A stretch of 64,000 nt of DNA from a virus (lineage: Duplodnaviria > Caudoviricetes): positions 1 through 64,000 of IMG/VR virus record IMGVR_UViG_3300031466_000058, one strand, 5' to 3'. The translations under genes were made by a program, and so were the position numbers. Position 1 is the stretch's first letter; the number at the start of each line of letters is the position of its first letter. The notes under the pieces are model-generated. The model saw nothing but the letters and a program-made list of their open reading frames with translations. It did no database searches and was not told the DNA's origin. This document shows, in pieces, positions 48,642-60,400 of the stretch.

Positions 48642-50384
48642 TTATTTACTTACTTCACATACAAGATTAGCTCTTATATAGAAATCTTCTGCTTTTACAG
48701 TAATAGTTTTTCCTGTTTTAGTTCCAAATTCTGTATCTAATTGACCGTTCTCTTTGTATAGATACCATTTGTATGTAAACTCTGTTCCAGAAGTATCTAT
48801 CTCCATACCGTTTCTATATAATTTAGCTGTGTATGAAGATTCTCCTTGACCGTTCTTAAATGTATTTAAACCGATAATTGATACAACAATTGGGTCTGTA
48901 ACGTCAATTACGGTACATACATCTTTATATTTATTCCCATCATATGTAACTACACACTTAAACGATTCTACGCCTGCGATTGCACTTGCAGGGATAGTGA
49001 TTGTAGCTGTTGTATATCCTGTTACACCTGCGTTCCAAGTTGAAGTTAATAGTCTCCAACCATTTCCACCATCTGCGTCTCCACCACTAGAAGTTGTAGC
49101 TGTTGGGTCTTGAATATACCATTTGAAAGCAGAAGGTGTAACCTCTGTAGTACCTTTATAAACTGTTACAGTAGCTTTAAGAGTGCCTTCATGGTTTCGA
49201 ATCATATTTCCATCTGGTGTCCAAACTGTAGCAATTACAGAATCGATACCATCTCTACCATCTCTACCATCAGAACCATCCGTAACAACAGGGATAATCT
49301 GCTCATCTAATAGGTTACTTGTTCCTCCTGCCAAGAAAAGTTCAACTTTTAAAGCTTTAATATTAGTAGTAGATGGAGTGTACTCATAAAATGATTGGTC
49401 TGAAGATGATGTATACTTGGCTGTGAAAGTTGTTCCATCTGTACTCTCCGAGATTCTAAATCTACCGCTATATGCAATAGGAGAACCTGCACCTATTTGA
49501 GATTTAGCTGATACTGTAACTTTTGAAGGTACTAATGAGCCTGCTCTTGTTTTTGCAATGGCAGGAACGTTACTGATTAGCCAGTAAGTTGTAGGCGTAG
49601 TACCATCTTCACCTCTTTTGGATTTACTTAAATTAAACCTTTTAGTAATTGAAGCATAACCGCTACGACTTACAGTAATATCAACATATCCTGTATCTGT
49701 AGTCATATTTGTAACAGTATAAGTTTTGCCATTGAGCGTACCTGTTACACCACTAGATGCTGTTGCCGAAGCTGTCCAACTAGAGCTTACATCTGTTACA
49801 CCCTCATAAACAACAATTGTTGTGTTAGCACCTGTATAGTTACCGTTTCCACCGCTCTTATCAGTAGGAATAACGTGTGAATCGTTTGTTAAAACAGCCA
49901 TAATAGCGTTTCTACCATCTTGACCATCGGCACCTTTTTGACCGTTTGTAACTTTAACTAACTCAATATCTGCCTTAGTTATAACGTCAAATCCTGTGTC
50001 TGGGTCTGTAAATACCATTTCACAAATATACGTCATGGTTACTGCCGAAGCTAAAACATTAGATTTTATTGTTAGAGTTTTTACACTATCTGTCCCTAGT
50101 TCATATGTTGAATCACTTTCTGTAATTTCAACAGGGTCTCCTCCACTATTTTCTCGATAATACCATTTTACAGATTTGGATTGACTTGCTAAATCTTGGC
50201 TACTGCCTGCAATAAATAATTGTGGTGTTAAAACTTGTGGTGTGCTTGCATAATTGGGGATATATTGCCCATTATTCGGATTATAAATTACTGTTTTCGC
50301 TTGACTAGCACCAATATATGATACTAGCTGTTTTGAATCATTTAAGTCAATAAGTGTAATTTGACCAGAAGCTACTATCGCCAC
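48642..50384 (-). CDS. Tail protein with tandem Ig-like domains and short collagen-like linkers
   Basis: GQKGADGQDG, GSDGRDGRDG; repeated xKWY...C.V motifs. Confidence 0.75.
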   Translation of the reverse strand: MAIVASGQITLIDLNDSKQLVSYIGASQAKTVIYNPNNGQYIPNYASTPQVLTPQLFIAGSSQDLASQSKSVKWYYRENSGGDPVEITESDSTYELGTDSVKTLTIKSNVLASAVTMTYICEMVFTDPDTGFDVITKADIELVKVTNGQKGADGQDGRNAIMAVLTNDSHVIPTDKSGGNGNYTGANTTIVVYEGVTDVSSSWTASATASSGVTGTLNGKTYTVTNMTTDTGYVDITVSRSGYASITKRFNLSKSKRGEDGTTPTTYWLISNVPAIAKTRAGSLVPSKVTVSAKSQIGAGSPIAYSGRFRISESTDGTTFTAKYTSSSDQSFYEYTPSTTNIKALKVELFLAGGTSNLLDEQIIPVVTDGSDGRDGRDGIDSVIATVWTPDGNMIRNHEGTLKATVTVYKGTTEVTPSAFKWYIQDPTATTSSGGDADGGNGWRLLTSTWNAGVTGYTTATITIPASAIAGVESFKCVVTYDGNKYKDVCTVIDVTDPIVVSIIGLNTFKNGQGESSYTAKLYRNGMEIDTSGTEFTYKWYLYKENGQLDTEFGTKTGKTITVKAEDFYIRANLVCEVSK

Positions 50385-50411
50385 AATTAATTCTCTCCTT
50401 TATTTCCCTTT

Positions 50412-53102
50412 TTATTCTTCTATATCAACATCACAAGAGAATATAGCTTTTTGGTAAACGTCATATTCATCTATTTCTATGACATTACCAATTCCAACAT
50501 GCTCTTCGTTCCATGCTGTATCTAAGTTTCCATATCTATCACGCTTTGTCCATATGAAACTAGTCTTTGGTAATGTGTCAGTCACATCATCTTTCCCACG
50601 ATATACTCTAGCTGTTATAGTGGTTTTAACATTGCCATTTCTAAATGTAGTACCATGAGATGAGTGTAATTCTATTTTCCAAACTACATCATCCATTACC
50701 TCTTCTATATTTCTTTGTGCGTTTTCTGCTATATTTTGAGCGTTTTCAGCTAACTCTTTAGCTCTTAGTTGAATAATATTCTGAACAACAGGAACAGCAT
50801 TTCTGTAATCATTCCATCTTTGTTCAAATATTACTCTGTCAATTCTTGTTGATTTATCTCTACTGTCTAAACTTAATAACGGAAATCCGTCTGTTTGATT
50901 TTCGATAAACAGATAATTAAATAATGCTTCATATTTTTGATGTAAGTTTACTACCTCTGGAATACTATTACCTTGATCTGCAAAGTATCCATTTAACAAT
51001 TGTACTATAAAGTTATATTGCAATTCATAAGCATCCCACTGTGCTTGTAATTGGTCTTTTTCATAATGGGTTATAATGTTGTCATCTCTAAAATCTTCAA
51101 CGAAGTCACCTGTTTTTGTCCATTCTTCTACTAGGTTTTTATCACCACTAGAACTTTGGACAACAAATTCACTTGCACGAATCCTAAATCCATTAGCGTC
51201 CATTGTGAATGAGCCAGCACTATTTGTTATAATAAGTTCTTGACCTGCGATTATTCGACCAATCAATCTTTCAGCCACAACTCCAGATGGCTTAATCGCT
51301 GTTTTCCAAGTCTCTCCACCATCTTCTGTTAATGCTACAATACCTGCTTGCATAATGATTATTTCGTTAGGGAAATCTGGGTCTTTAATTAAGATACCAC
51401 GATTTCCAACTTCGATAGAGTTGTTTACCCCTGCAACAATTCTATTCTTGTTTGCGTTCCATTCTTGTGATACAATAGCATTAACTTCTTTTTCAACAGC
51501 GTTAATCTTATCCCACTTATACTTATTGTTTTCGATTAATGTAGAAGCACTAGAATTACTATATAATAACTGTACTAGCTTCTCCATATCATCTAATAAT
51601 TCTTTAGTATTTGCGATTACTAGGTTGGCTTCACCTGCTTCTAGGTCGTAGTTAATTTCTATGATTGTAGCCATATATTCAATATCCATTTGAGGATACT
51701 TTACTTTAATCATATCACCAAGAACTAACTTATCCCAATAATATTGTTCTTCTACAATATTTAAGAGATTATCGATTGTTACATCAATTACTACTTTCGG
51801 CTGTCTTAACCTTTCAAACTCTTTTAAACCATCTTGATATAATTCCATTGGGTCTATATATCTATCATCAACCCAATCCTTCTCAATTACATAGAGGTTT
51901 AATTCGTCTAATAGTTCTGGTGTAAAGCCAGAAGCGATTTCTATTTCTTTTTGTAGAGCCTCAATCTGCTCTATGATTCTAGCAACATCAGTTTTTAAGA
52001 TACCTACAGTAATCTGTTGTTCTTGAATTTCAGATTCTTTAGCCATCTTTTCTTGCGTTCTCTGTTCAATCAACTCTTCATCTTCTGTCTTTTTAGCAAG
52101 GTCTAGTAATGAAAGTATATTTTCTAACTCTAAACCTAATTGGTTTAGCTTAGATTCTTCCATGACAAGTTCTGTTTCTTTTTGAGATAAAGTATCTTGC
52201 AACCCCATTATAGTAGGAGAATATTGTTTCAAAGCTTCTTGATGGTTTAAAATAGCGTGGCACAATTCGTCAGACATAAAGTATGATGAGCGAATTGTAT
52301 TTTTATTCTCATCACGCTCGAATGGGTACATGAAGAATGAGAAATCTTCTATATATCCTTGACCTGTAGGATTTACAGAGTGAATTGTTAAACCTTCTGC
52401 ACCTTTAATATGTAGTCTAGTAACCATCTCATCTGTTGTCCTAACTCTTCTAATTGAACGAAGCAATCTTCCGTAGTTGATTGTCATACCTCTGAATTTA
52501 CCAATCTTTTTCATATCTCTAAACGATATTTTTCTTTCATGAGTATTCCACTCAATTAACGCACCGAAAGTCTCAACAGCTTGCATAATAGCGTCTAACA
52601 CATTAGTATTATCGCTTATGTCAAAAGTTCTATACATCTCGTTAAATATTGGGTCAATCTCTCCAATAGACCAGACTGTTCCAGATAACATTTTTGTCAA
52701 GGCTTCTGTTGCATTATACACTTCATCAGATGTAAACACAGGAGATTTTTTAGCTCTTAACTCATATCCTAAAGAGAAAGCTTTTACAGTGAATGAATCA
52801 GAATCTTCACCAGATTCTTCAATTTCATCTATGATATACCACTCTTTGTATGCACCTAAAGTAAACCTAATTAACATTCGTTCACGAATCATATCAACGT
52901 GTTTATTCTTAATTAATTCGCCAGTTTCTTCATCTTCAATTTGATGAGGTATAGAAAAATTCAGTTCGTTAATGTCTCCTAACTTTAAACTAACTGTATC
53001 TCCAAATTTTTCATGTATAATATCGATTATCTTCTTATTAGGCTTTGCTAAATGTAGTTTAGCTTCTTGTGCTCGCTTGCTGTAATCTATATCAATAAAC
53101 AA
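50412..53102 (-). CDS. Tal / baseplate hub (prophage tail endopeptidase family)
   Basis: LHLAKP, ELNFSIP, VTRL, LGD.IKV, DGGETWKTAI...GVVAERLIG; follows Dit. Confidence 0.85.
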   Translation of the reverse strand: MFIDIDYSKRAQEAKLHLAKPNKKIIDIIHEKFGDTVSLKLGDINELNFSIPHQIEDEETGELIKNKHVDMIRERMLIRFTLGAYKEWYIIDEIEESGEDSDSFTVKAFSLGYELRAKKSPVFTSDEVYNATEALTKMLSGTVWSIGEIDPIFNEMYRTFDISDNTNVLDAIMQAVETFGALIEWNTHERKISFRDMKKIGKFRGMTINYGRLLRSIRRVRTTDEMVTRLHIKGAEGLTIHSVNPTGQGYIEDFSFFMYPFERDENKNTIRSSYFMSDELCHAILNHQEALKQYSPTIMGLQDTLSQKETELVMEESKLNQLGLELENILSLLDLAKKTEDEELIEQRTQEKMAKESEIQEQQITVGILKTDVARIIEQIEALQKEIEIASGFTPELLDELNLYVIEKDWVDDRYIDPMELYQDGLKEFERLRQPKVVIDVTIDNLLNIVEEQYYWDKLVLGDMIKVKYPQMDIEYMATIIEINYDLEAGEANLVIANTKELLDDMEKLVQLLYSNSSASTLIENNKYKWDKINAVEKEVNAIVSQEWNANKNRIVAGVNNSIEVGNRGILIKDPDFPNEIIIMQAGIVALTEDGGETWKTAIKPSGVVAERLIGRIIAGQELIITNSAGSFTMDANGFRIRASEFVVQSSSGDKNLVEEWTKTGDFVEDFRDDNIITHYEKDQLQAQWDAYELQYNFIVQLLNGYFADQGNSIPEVVNLHQKYEALFNYLFIENQTDGFPLLSLDSRDKSTRIDRVIFEQRWNDYRNAVPVVQNIIQLRAKELAENAQNIAENAQRNIEEVMDDVVWKIELHSSHGTTFRNGNVKTTITARVYRGKDDVTDTLPKTSFIWTKRDRYGNLDTAWNEEHVGIGNVIEIDEYDVYQKAIFSCDVDIEE

Positions 53103-53105
53103 CCC

Positions 53106-53606
53106 CTATACCTCCTTTCTAATTCTGAAATCATACACCTCAAACAATTCTTGTGGTGTTACATTCCCTAGACTATAAACGCCTTTTCTTTTAATCCCTG
53201 CCTTATAGTAAATAATATCTATAAGCTCACTACAGATAAGTTTGTTTTTACTGTTAAACCAAGCATTCTCCCTTTTTTTGAATAATAAAGAGAAGAATAG
53301 TCCAATTATCTGCCAGTAATCATACTTAACACCTACAAACTTATAGGCTAAATTCATGATAGCATAAATCTGCTCTTGTGTCTTTTCTTCAACTGTAGTG
53401 TATACAACGTGTTTACATTTTTTAAGCTCAATTGTGTCTATTCTAGTGTTTACGAATCTATTAGATTCGACAATTTTTACAATCTTGTTTTCTTTGTCAT
53501 ATCCTATGATTAGACCAACATGAGTAAATTCGCTCTTTGTCATTTTGGCAATCACTTTTGATGTAAAACTGCTGTTTTTTCTAAAGAAAACTACATCACC
53601 TATCAT
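53106..53606 (-). CDS. Permuted papain-like NlpC/P60 protein (YiiX/YaeF)
   Basis: GDVVFF, FTHVGL, KYDY, LICSELI, VTPQEL. Confidence 0.85.
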   Translation of the reverse strand: MIGDVVFFRKNSSFTSKVIAKMTKSEFTHVGLIIGYDKENKIVKIVESNRFVNTRIDTIELKKCKHVVYTTVEEKTQEQIYAIMNLAYKFVGVKYDYWQIIGLFFSLLFKKRENAWFNSKNKLICSELIDIIYYKAGIKRKGVYSLGNVTPQELFEVYDFRIRKEV

Positions 53607-53621
53607 ATCAATTCCTCTCTT

Positions 53622-53650
53622 ATTATACCATTATTTCTGGCATTTGTCAA
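53622..53650 (-). promoter_or_regulatory. sigma-A promoter for the YiiX-like gene
   Basis: TTGACA-N17-TATAAT, TAATGG extension. Confidence 0.8.
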
Positions 53651-53660
53651 ATTTCATCTA

Positions 53661-54434
53661 TTAAAATCTATATTTAAACTTGTATCTAAAGGCTATCTTG
53701 CAAGTTCCTTGAATGATAAATTCATTAACCCCTAGAGACAAGACCATATCATGATAATCTCCAACAACATTATCATACCTTGTAACGCCAACAATATCTG
53801 TTACAATTATCTCTTTTTCTGTGTTTACATATATCTGTTCTGCATTCGTTAAATCACGAATTTCAAAAATTTCACCGTTTTTAATAATTGTTATATGACC
53901 GTCACCAACTTTTTCTATTGAGATTTCTGGGTACACTTCCACATGACCTTTATTTTCAATAGTAATTTTATAGTCTCCTGTATTTTGAGATAAATCATAT
54001 TCAGGTGTTACGTGGACAGGGGATTCAATTTTAGATGATTTACATCTCATATGGATAACAACATATCCCTCTCTTAGTCCATTGTGAACAATTCTAGCTT
54101 CACCAACAGGCATACAGTAAAATACTCTATCTGGCTTATCTTCAAAATATAGGGGTTTATATTTGTCTTGGAAAAGCCAAACAATAACTTTGTCAACATC
54201 TTCATCTGTAAATCTTTTAGTAAAAGCTATTGGCAAATCAAATTCTAATGGTTCTTCTTCAATGCTATGAAATAAAGGTGTATCATTACCCCTAACTTTT
54301 GTCTCATTTATACTTCTTGTTGCGACAAACACTTCATCAAACATTCCACCATCTAAGTTTACATGAATAACTCCAAAGTCTTTTGAAGATTTACCATCAT
54401 AATTAAAGTGTAAACTTTCACTAATAGTTGGCAT
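53661..54434 (-). CDS. Distal tail protein (Dit)
   Basis: FNYDGKSSKDFGV, WLFQDKYKPL.F, L.LGVNEF; follows the tape measure gene. Confidence 0.85.
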   Translation of the reverse strand: MPTISESLHFNYDGKSSKDFGVIHVNLDGGMFDEVFVATRSINETKVRGNDTPLFHSIEEEPLEFDLPIAFTKRFTDEDVDKVIVWLFQDKYKPLYFEDKPDRVFYCMPVGEARIVHNGLREGYVVIHMRCKSSKIESPVHVTPEYDLSQNTGDYKITIENKGHVEVYPEISIEKVGDGHITIIKNGEIFEIRDLTNAEQIYVNTEKEIIVTDIVGVTRYDNVVGDYHDMVLSLGVNEFIIQGTCKIAFRYKFKYRF

Positions 54435-54478
54435 TCCTTTCACTCCTTTTTATAAAAAGAATGGTAAGAAGAAGGGTC

Positions 54479-57400
54479 TTAACGACCTTTCTTCTTAATC
54501 CCTTTGAGAATTTCTGTGGCAATATCTTTGGCTTTCTTCTTATCTCCACCTTCAACTGTCACGTTAATATCGCCATATGTAATGTTGTTTACGATAGTTC
54601 CTGCTGTCGCAAGTTTATCTATTACACTACTACGTTTAATGTCTGGCATAATCCGTCTCACTTTATCCATAATCTTAGCTGTGTCTAAGATATGTGATGT
54701 CTGTTTTTCGTTAAGGACAAGCTCTTTCTTATGAAGCAATGCAAGTTTACCGTCTTGACCTGCCCATTCACCTGTATAACCACCTGTTCTCAATCCAATT
54801 ACATCTCGCTCTCTTACCCAAGCGATAGCGTCATTGATGTTGTTTCTCTTAGCAAGTGCTACATAGCCACCTCTTATGTTTACAACATATAGAGGGTCAC
54901 TATATCCTACACCTGCGTATTTAGCTTGGTCTGCCCAAGGTCTTACTTGTCTACCGTAAGAATCTATGTAAGCAGGAGCATTTTTAACGTTAACTTTAGC
55001 TTTACCTCCAACTTTCAGAGGTTTACCGCCTTTGTTTGATGATTTTGATGATGAAGGTGGTGCTGTAGGTGCTTTTGCATCATAAATTACCGCAGAACTT
55101 CCTCCACTCCATGTTGTCTCTTTTGGGTTGCCTACGCTATACCCATCTCCGATGTAAACACCGTATTTAGACTTTTGAGCGTCAGCTACTTGGTCTAGTA
55201 GACCTTCGCTGTTGAAGTTCATGTTACTAATGTCAATTCCGAACAATTCAGCAAACTCTTGTTTTAATTCTTCTGAGAATCCAGAGAATCCTTTAGTTAG
55301 ATTGTTGAAGTTACCTTGTGTCATTCTAGCTAACTGTTTACTCATTTCTTCTAATTCTTGGGTTAATGTTGAGAAGCTACCTTTAATGAAGTTCTCTCTC
55401 ATTTCTGCCCATTTTCTTTCATCGTTTAACATATCATCATAATACTTAGAAATGTCGCCAGCTTCTTTGTCAAGTTCTTCAACTCTTGTGTCATAATCTT
55501 CTTGTTCTGCTTCTTTTTGAGCTTCAAGTTCATCAATTTGTTGTTTACGTTGATTCTCAATTTCTTCACGAAGAAGTTTGTCTTGACGTTCTCTCATAAA
55601 TTGAGCAATTTCTTGGTCTAACTGTTCTAGTTCTCTGCGTAATTCATCTACACGTTTACGTCCTTCGACAGATGTATCTCTTGATAAAAGTGAGATTTTA
55701 TTAACTAGTTCGGCACGTTTTTTGTTTTTCTCATCAAGTTGTTCTTGATATTCAGCTTCTTCTTTCTCTTTATCCATAGCTTTTAGACGCTCATCGTACA
55801 CATTATTAATGCGTTCGATTTCTTTATCATACATCTTCATTTTTTCTTCGTGTGCCTTTTGTAGTTCACGTTTTTCTAACTCGATGGCTTTTAACGCCAT
55901 ATCCTTCATTTTTCCATAGTAGTCTTTTAATTGGCTGATACCTTTGTCAGCTACAGTTCCACGAGCGTCTTCAATATCTTTTTCTGCTCTTAATACTTGT
56001 AGTGTAATATCTTCTAAGCTTTCTTTTGCGTTATCTAATTCTTGTTTAACCTTTTGAGCTTCTTTAGATGATTTACCGTATTTCTTAACTGCCTTATCAT
56101 ATTCTTTTTGTAAGTGATTTACCATGTTTCGAATTGTTGCTTCTTGTTCTGAGTATCCTCTAGCTCTTTTAGCTAGTAAATCTAACTCCTTCTTAATGTT
56201 TTCTGGGTCAGTTAATTCTAACACGTCTAATTCAAACTGAATGTTATCCACTTTAGCTGTTATACCCTCGATAGCGTTATTGTATTTTCCAACAATTTCG
56301 TCTACCCAATCGATAAAGATTTCTGTCATGTTGTTTTTAATCTTCTGATTAGTTTCTTCAATCGACCTTTCTAGGCTTTGGATTTTGTCAATGTTTTGCT
56401 CGTATTCTCTTTGTAACTCGTTATATTTCTTACGTTGTGCTTCTGAATGTTTACTTGTTTGACCTAGAGATTTAATTTGTTTTTCAATCTGTTTTTGTCT
56501 ATTCTTAAGTCGGCTAAGTTCTGCCTTTTCGATAGAAGCTAATTTTTGTGATTCGAAAATTACTTGCTTCAATGCATTTCTGTATTGCAATGTATTTTCA
56601 GTCATCGCTCTCATTCGTGTTTCAATCATACTTATAGCATGACTATAAGCGTCTGCTGTTCTGTCATTTTTGTTCCATGTATAAAGTGCTTCAAGTTCTT
56701 TCTTATTGGCGAAAGCCATAAACTGATAATCACCGTCTAGGTTAACTCCACCTTCATAGATAGATGGTTGAATGATACCAGAAGTACCAGAACCTCCACC
56801 ACCTTCGACAGAGCCACCTTCACCAGACAATGCACCGAAACCGCCACTAATATAAGCACCGAACCCACCGTAGCTTCTAATTTTTCTTAACAAGCCTAAT
56901 TCTTCACCTGCTTGTCTCCATAAGTCAACAGCACGAGTTCTATGTTGTTCAAGAGGGATTACAACTTCACGCTTATCGTCTTCACCGACTATAGCTAGAT
57001 GTTCTTTCTCGATGAATCCACCTTCTTCATATCCTACACCTCTCCAACCTCTCAACAGAGAACCATAACGAGCAAGTGTATATCGGATAGAAGCTAAAAT
57101 GTTGTCCAAAGGATTCCAAATATTGTTATAACCCGGCATCTTATATGCTTGGAATGTTGGGTCAATAACTTGCATTAAACCTTTAGATGGAGTTCCACGT
57201 TTTGCGTTAATATCCCATAAGTTGATTGCTCTTGGGTTTCCACCTGACTCAGTTCGCATTTGGAACAATAATCTTTCAAGGTTTGCTGGTGTTAATTGAC
57301 CTGTCATAGCCAGAGCTTTCATAGCTACTCCACGCCAACGTTCTACGCCACCACCGTAGCCACCACTTGCGAAGTTGCTCCAATCATTAGACACATAAGC

Positions 57401-60400
57401 TTTAATCATTTCCCAACTGTCGAATACACCGCCACCGAAATCACTAAAGACTTGTTTACCTAATGATTTTAAATCCTCGCCAGTTAAACCGTTGGCTAAA
57501 CCTTTAATTACCCATCCACCAAGTTCTTCAAACACACGAGATGGTGAGTGAATGCCTAATTCCTTCTTGAATCGTTTAACCATATCTTTGGCAACAGCAT
57601 CCATTGAGCTTGAAGCACTTTCCATATGGTCTCTTACGCCTTTGCCGATTTTAGAAGGCAATTTTTTAGCTACATTAACAATATTTTCCATACCTTCTTG
57701 GAAGACTTTTTTCATGTTATTAGAGATTTCTCTAATGACCTTAACTAAATCTCCACCTCTAGCTCTTGTATCTTTGATGATATCATTCCATGCATTAATT
57801 GTAACTTTTTCTAGGTTTCTAACAGCAATTCCATGTCTTTGATATTCATTAACTATAGCCATTGTTTTTGTGGAGATAATCACTGACATAGATACATATG
57901 CCTGTGCAATTAATCCTGCTGTTGATGCGATAGCTGTTCCATAAGTGCTTGTTGTCATTACAACACTTCGCATTGACGATGATATTGACGATTGAGAAAT
58001 TGCAAGTTTTTGATTGAATACAGCAACAGATGATAATACACCTGTTAATTCTTGTAGTTTAGTCACATATTCGCTTAATTTATTTACAGCATTTTGTGTT
58101 GTGGCTCCAATCGTGCTCATTACAACAGCATATAATGCTGATGCACCATTTAATCCCGATATTTTTTGAGCAAGATTATCAACTTCACTTTTTAAAGATT
58201 TCATGTATTCTTTGGCTTCATTGGCATCTTTTTTGAATCCATTGAATGCATCTAACGGGATTTCTCTGGCTTTATTATTCATTTTACTTAAAGCATTTTG
58301 AACATCTTTAATAGCTTCTTTAGCTTTAACAGCTTCTCTTTCTAATTCTCCAAAATCACCTTTATTGCTGTCAAATAAACTTTTAATCTCATCTCTAACA
58401 GTCTCCATAGCACCTTTAAGTTTATCAACTGTGCCTTGAATGGAGTCTAAGAATTTAACATTTTCCCATACACCTTCCAATGCTTCTGAAAGGAATTGGA
58501 CTTTTTCGGTTGTTGTTTCCAAACCAGAGAATAATTTCGTGAAGTCAATTTGTGAATAATCATTAGGTAACGACTTAGCTTTCTCTTTAAGTATTTCGTG
58601 TTCTGTAATAGTATCGCTAAGAGCTATCTTAGCATCTTCAGCGTCAGCCTCGATTGTTGCTAATGTTGTCGAGCCTGTAGCATCATTCAACACAAGTTTA
58701 ATATTTCCTGCATCATCTTTAACAAGTCCTAAATCAAATCCTAGTTCTCCCAATTGTCTTTGCAATGTATTTAACCATTGCGATTCTGTGCCATCAGCCA
58801 TTGCTAACTTCAAGCCACCTGTGTTATCTTGTGTTACTATGATTTTACCATCTAATTCTTCTAGCTGTTGCTTGATTGTATCAATGTATGCAGACCTGCT
58901 AACTGTATCAGCTTTCTCTTTGAATGTATTGAATTTTCCAGTTAATGTTTCAACAGCTTGTGCCTGTGCGTCAGTAGCTTCTGCGTTTTCTTTCTTAGCT
59001 TGTGTATCTTCTTTTGTTTTGTTTTTGCTATTTTCTGTAGCACTTGCTTCCGCTTCTCTCTCTGCATTTAAAAGTCCTAAAACATCTAAAATAGCAGTTT
59101 GCCAGTTTTGATGTTCGATGTATTTCATAAGTAGGTCATCTTGTGTGATACCTAACTTTTTAAGTTTTTCAATTTGTTCTTCTGACAATTCGTTCCAAGC
59201 AGTTACGCCATCTGCTGTTTCATTTAAGACAGGGTTTAATTCACCTGTTACCTGTGTTAAGAATGCGATATTTTCAATGTTTTTCAATAATTGTTCTTCT
59301 GATACACCAAGAGATAATGCTGTGTTAGATAAGGCTTCATTGTACTCCCAATGCTTACTTGCACTTTCTCCTAACTTGTCATTGTAAAGCATAATTAATG
59401 CAATGTTAGATTCTAGTGCTTTCATTTCTTCGGAAGCACCATCACCAAGGAGAGCAGATGTTAAATCGATAGTTTCAAGTAATGAAGCATTGTAATCATC
59501 AAGAGCTGATGTAGTTTCTTCGAAACCTTGTTTTAATGCTTGTTGATAGATTTCAGCATTCTGTTGCTCTTTAGCTAAGTTACCAACGATTTTAGTTGCT
59601 TCATCTGTTGAGTAACCCATAGCTTTAATTCTTTCGATATATGAACCAAACGACTCTTCACCTGCTGTTTTCATTTCATAGCTTATTTGTGCTAATTCTA
59701 CAATTTGGTCATTAATATCATCCATCTCTTTAAATTTGTAGAAACTCTCATCTAAAGACGATGCTACAGAGTCTATAGCAGTTCTAACATCGTTAAAACT
59801 TGCTTGTGAACCGTCTGTTGCTTTGTAGACTTCTTCAAATGCACTACTGTAAGCTTTAGCTATTTCCGTACCTTTTTGAGCTATAGCTTTACCTTTTGTT
59901 TCAAGAAAGTCTGCTATTTCTTTATGAGAAGCTCCTTCTTTTTCTAGCTCTTTAAGTCTTTTGTTAATTGATTTTGTGTGAGAACTAGAGTAGTCCTCAA
60001 TTGCTTCTATTTGCTTATCTGAAAGTTTAGACATTACTCCGTCAACTTCCATATATGCTAATGTTTGGTCACTTATCAATTTATTTATAACATTTAGCTG
60101 ATGAGCACGTTCTTGTTGAAGTTGTAATAGTTTCTGTTCTTCTTTTGCTAATGCTTTAGCATTATTTATTTCTATTACACCTTTACCATCTTTTGTTTTT
60201 ATAGTAGAATTTTCTGGCATAGCAAATACTTCATATCCAGTAACCATGGGAACTTCCGATGTTTCTGGTTTCTTTCTAAGCTCTGCTATTTTCTTAGAAG
60301 TTTTTTCAATGTTTTCAGATAATTTGTTCCAACTCTCAACTTCTTTTTCTATTTTTTCTTTAAATTCAGCTTTAGTAACATTTGCTTTTGCACGAGACAA

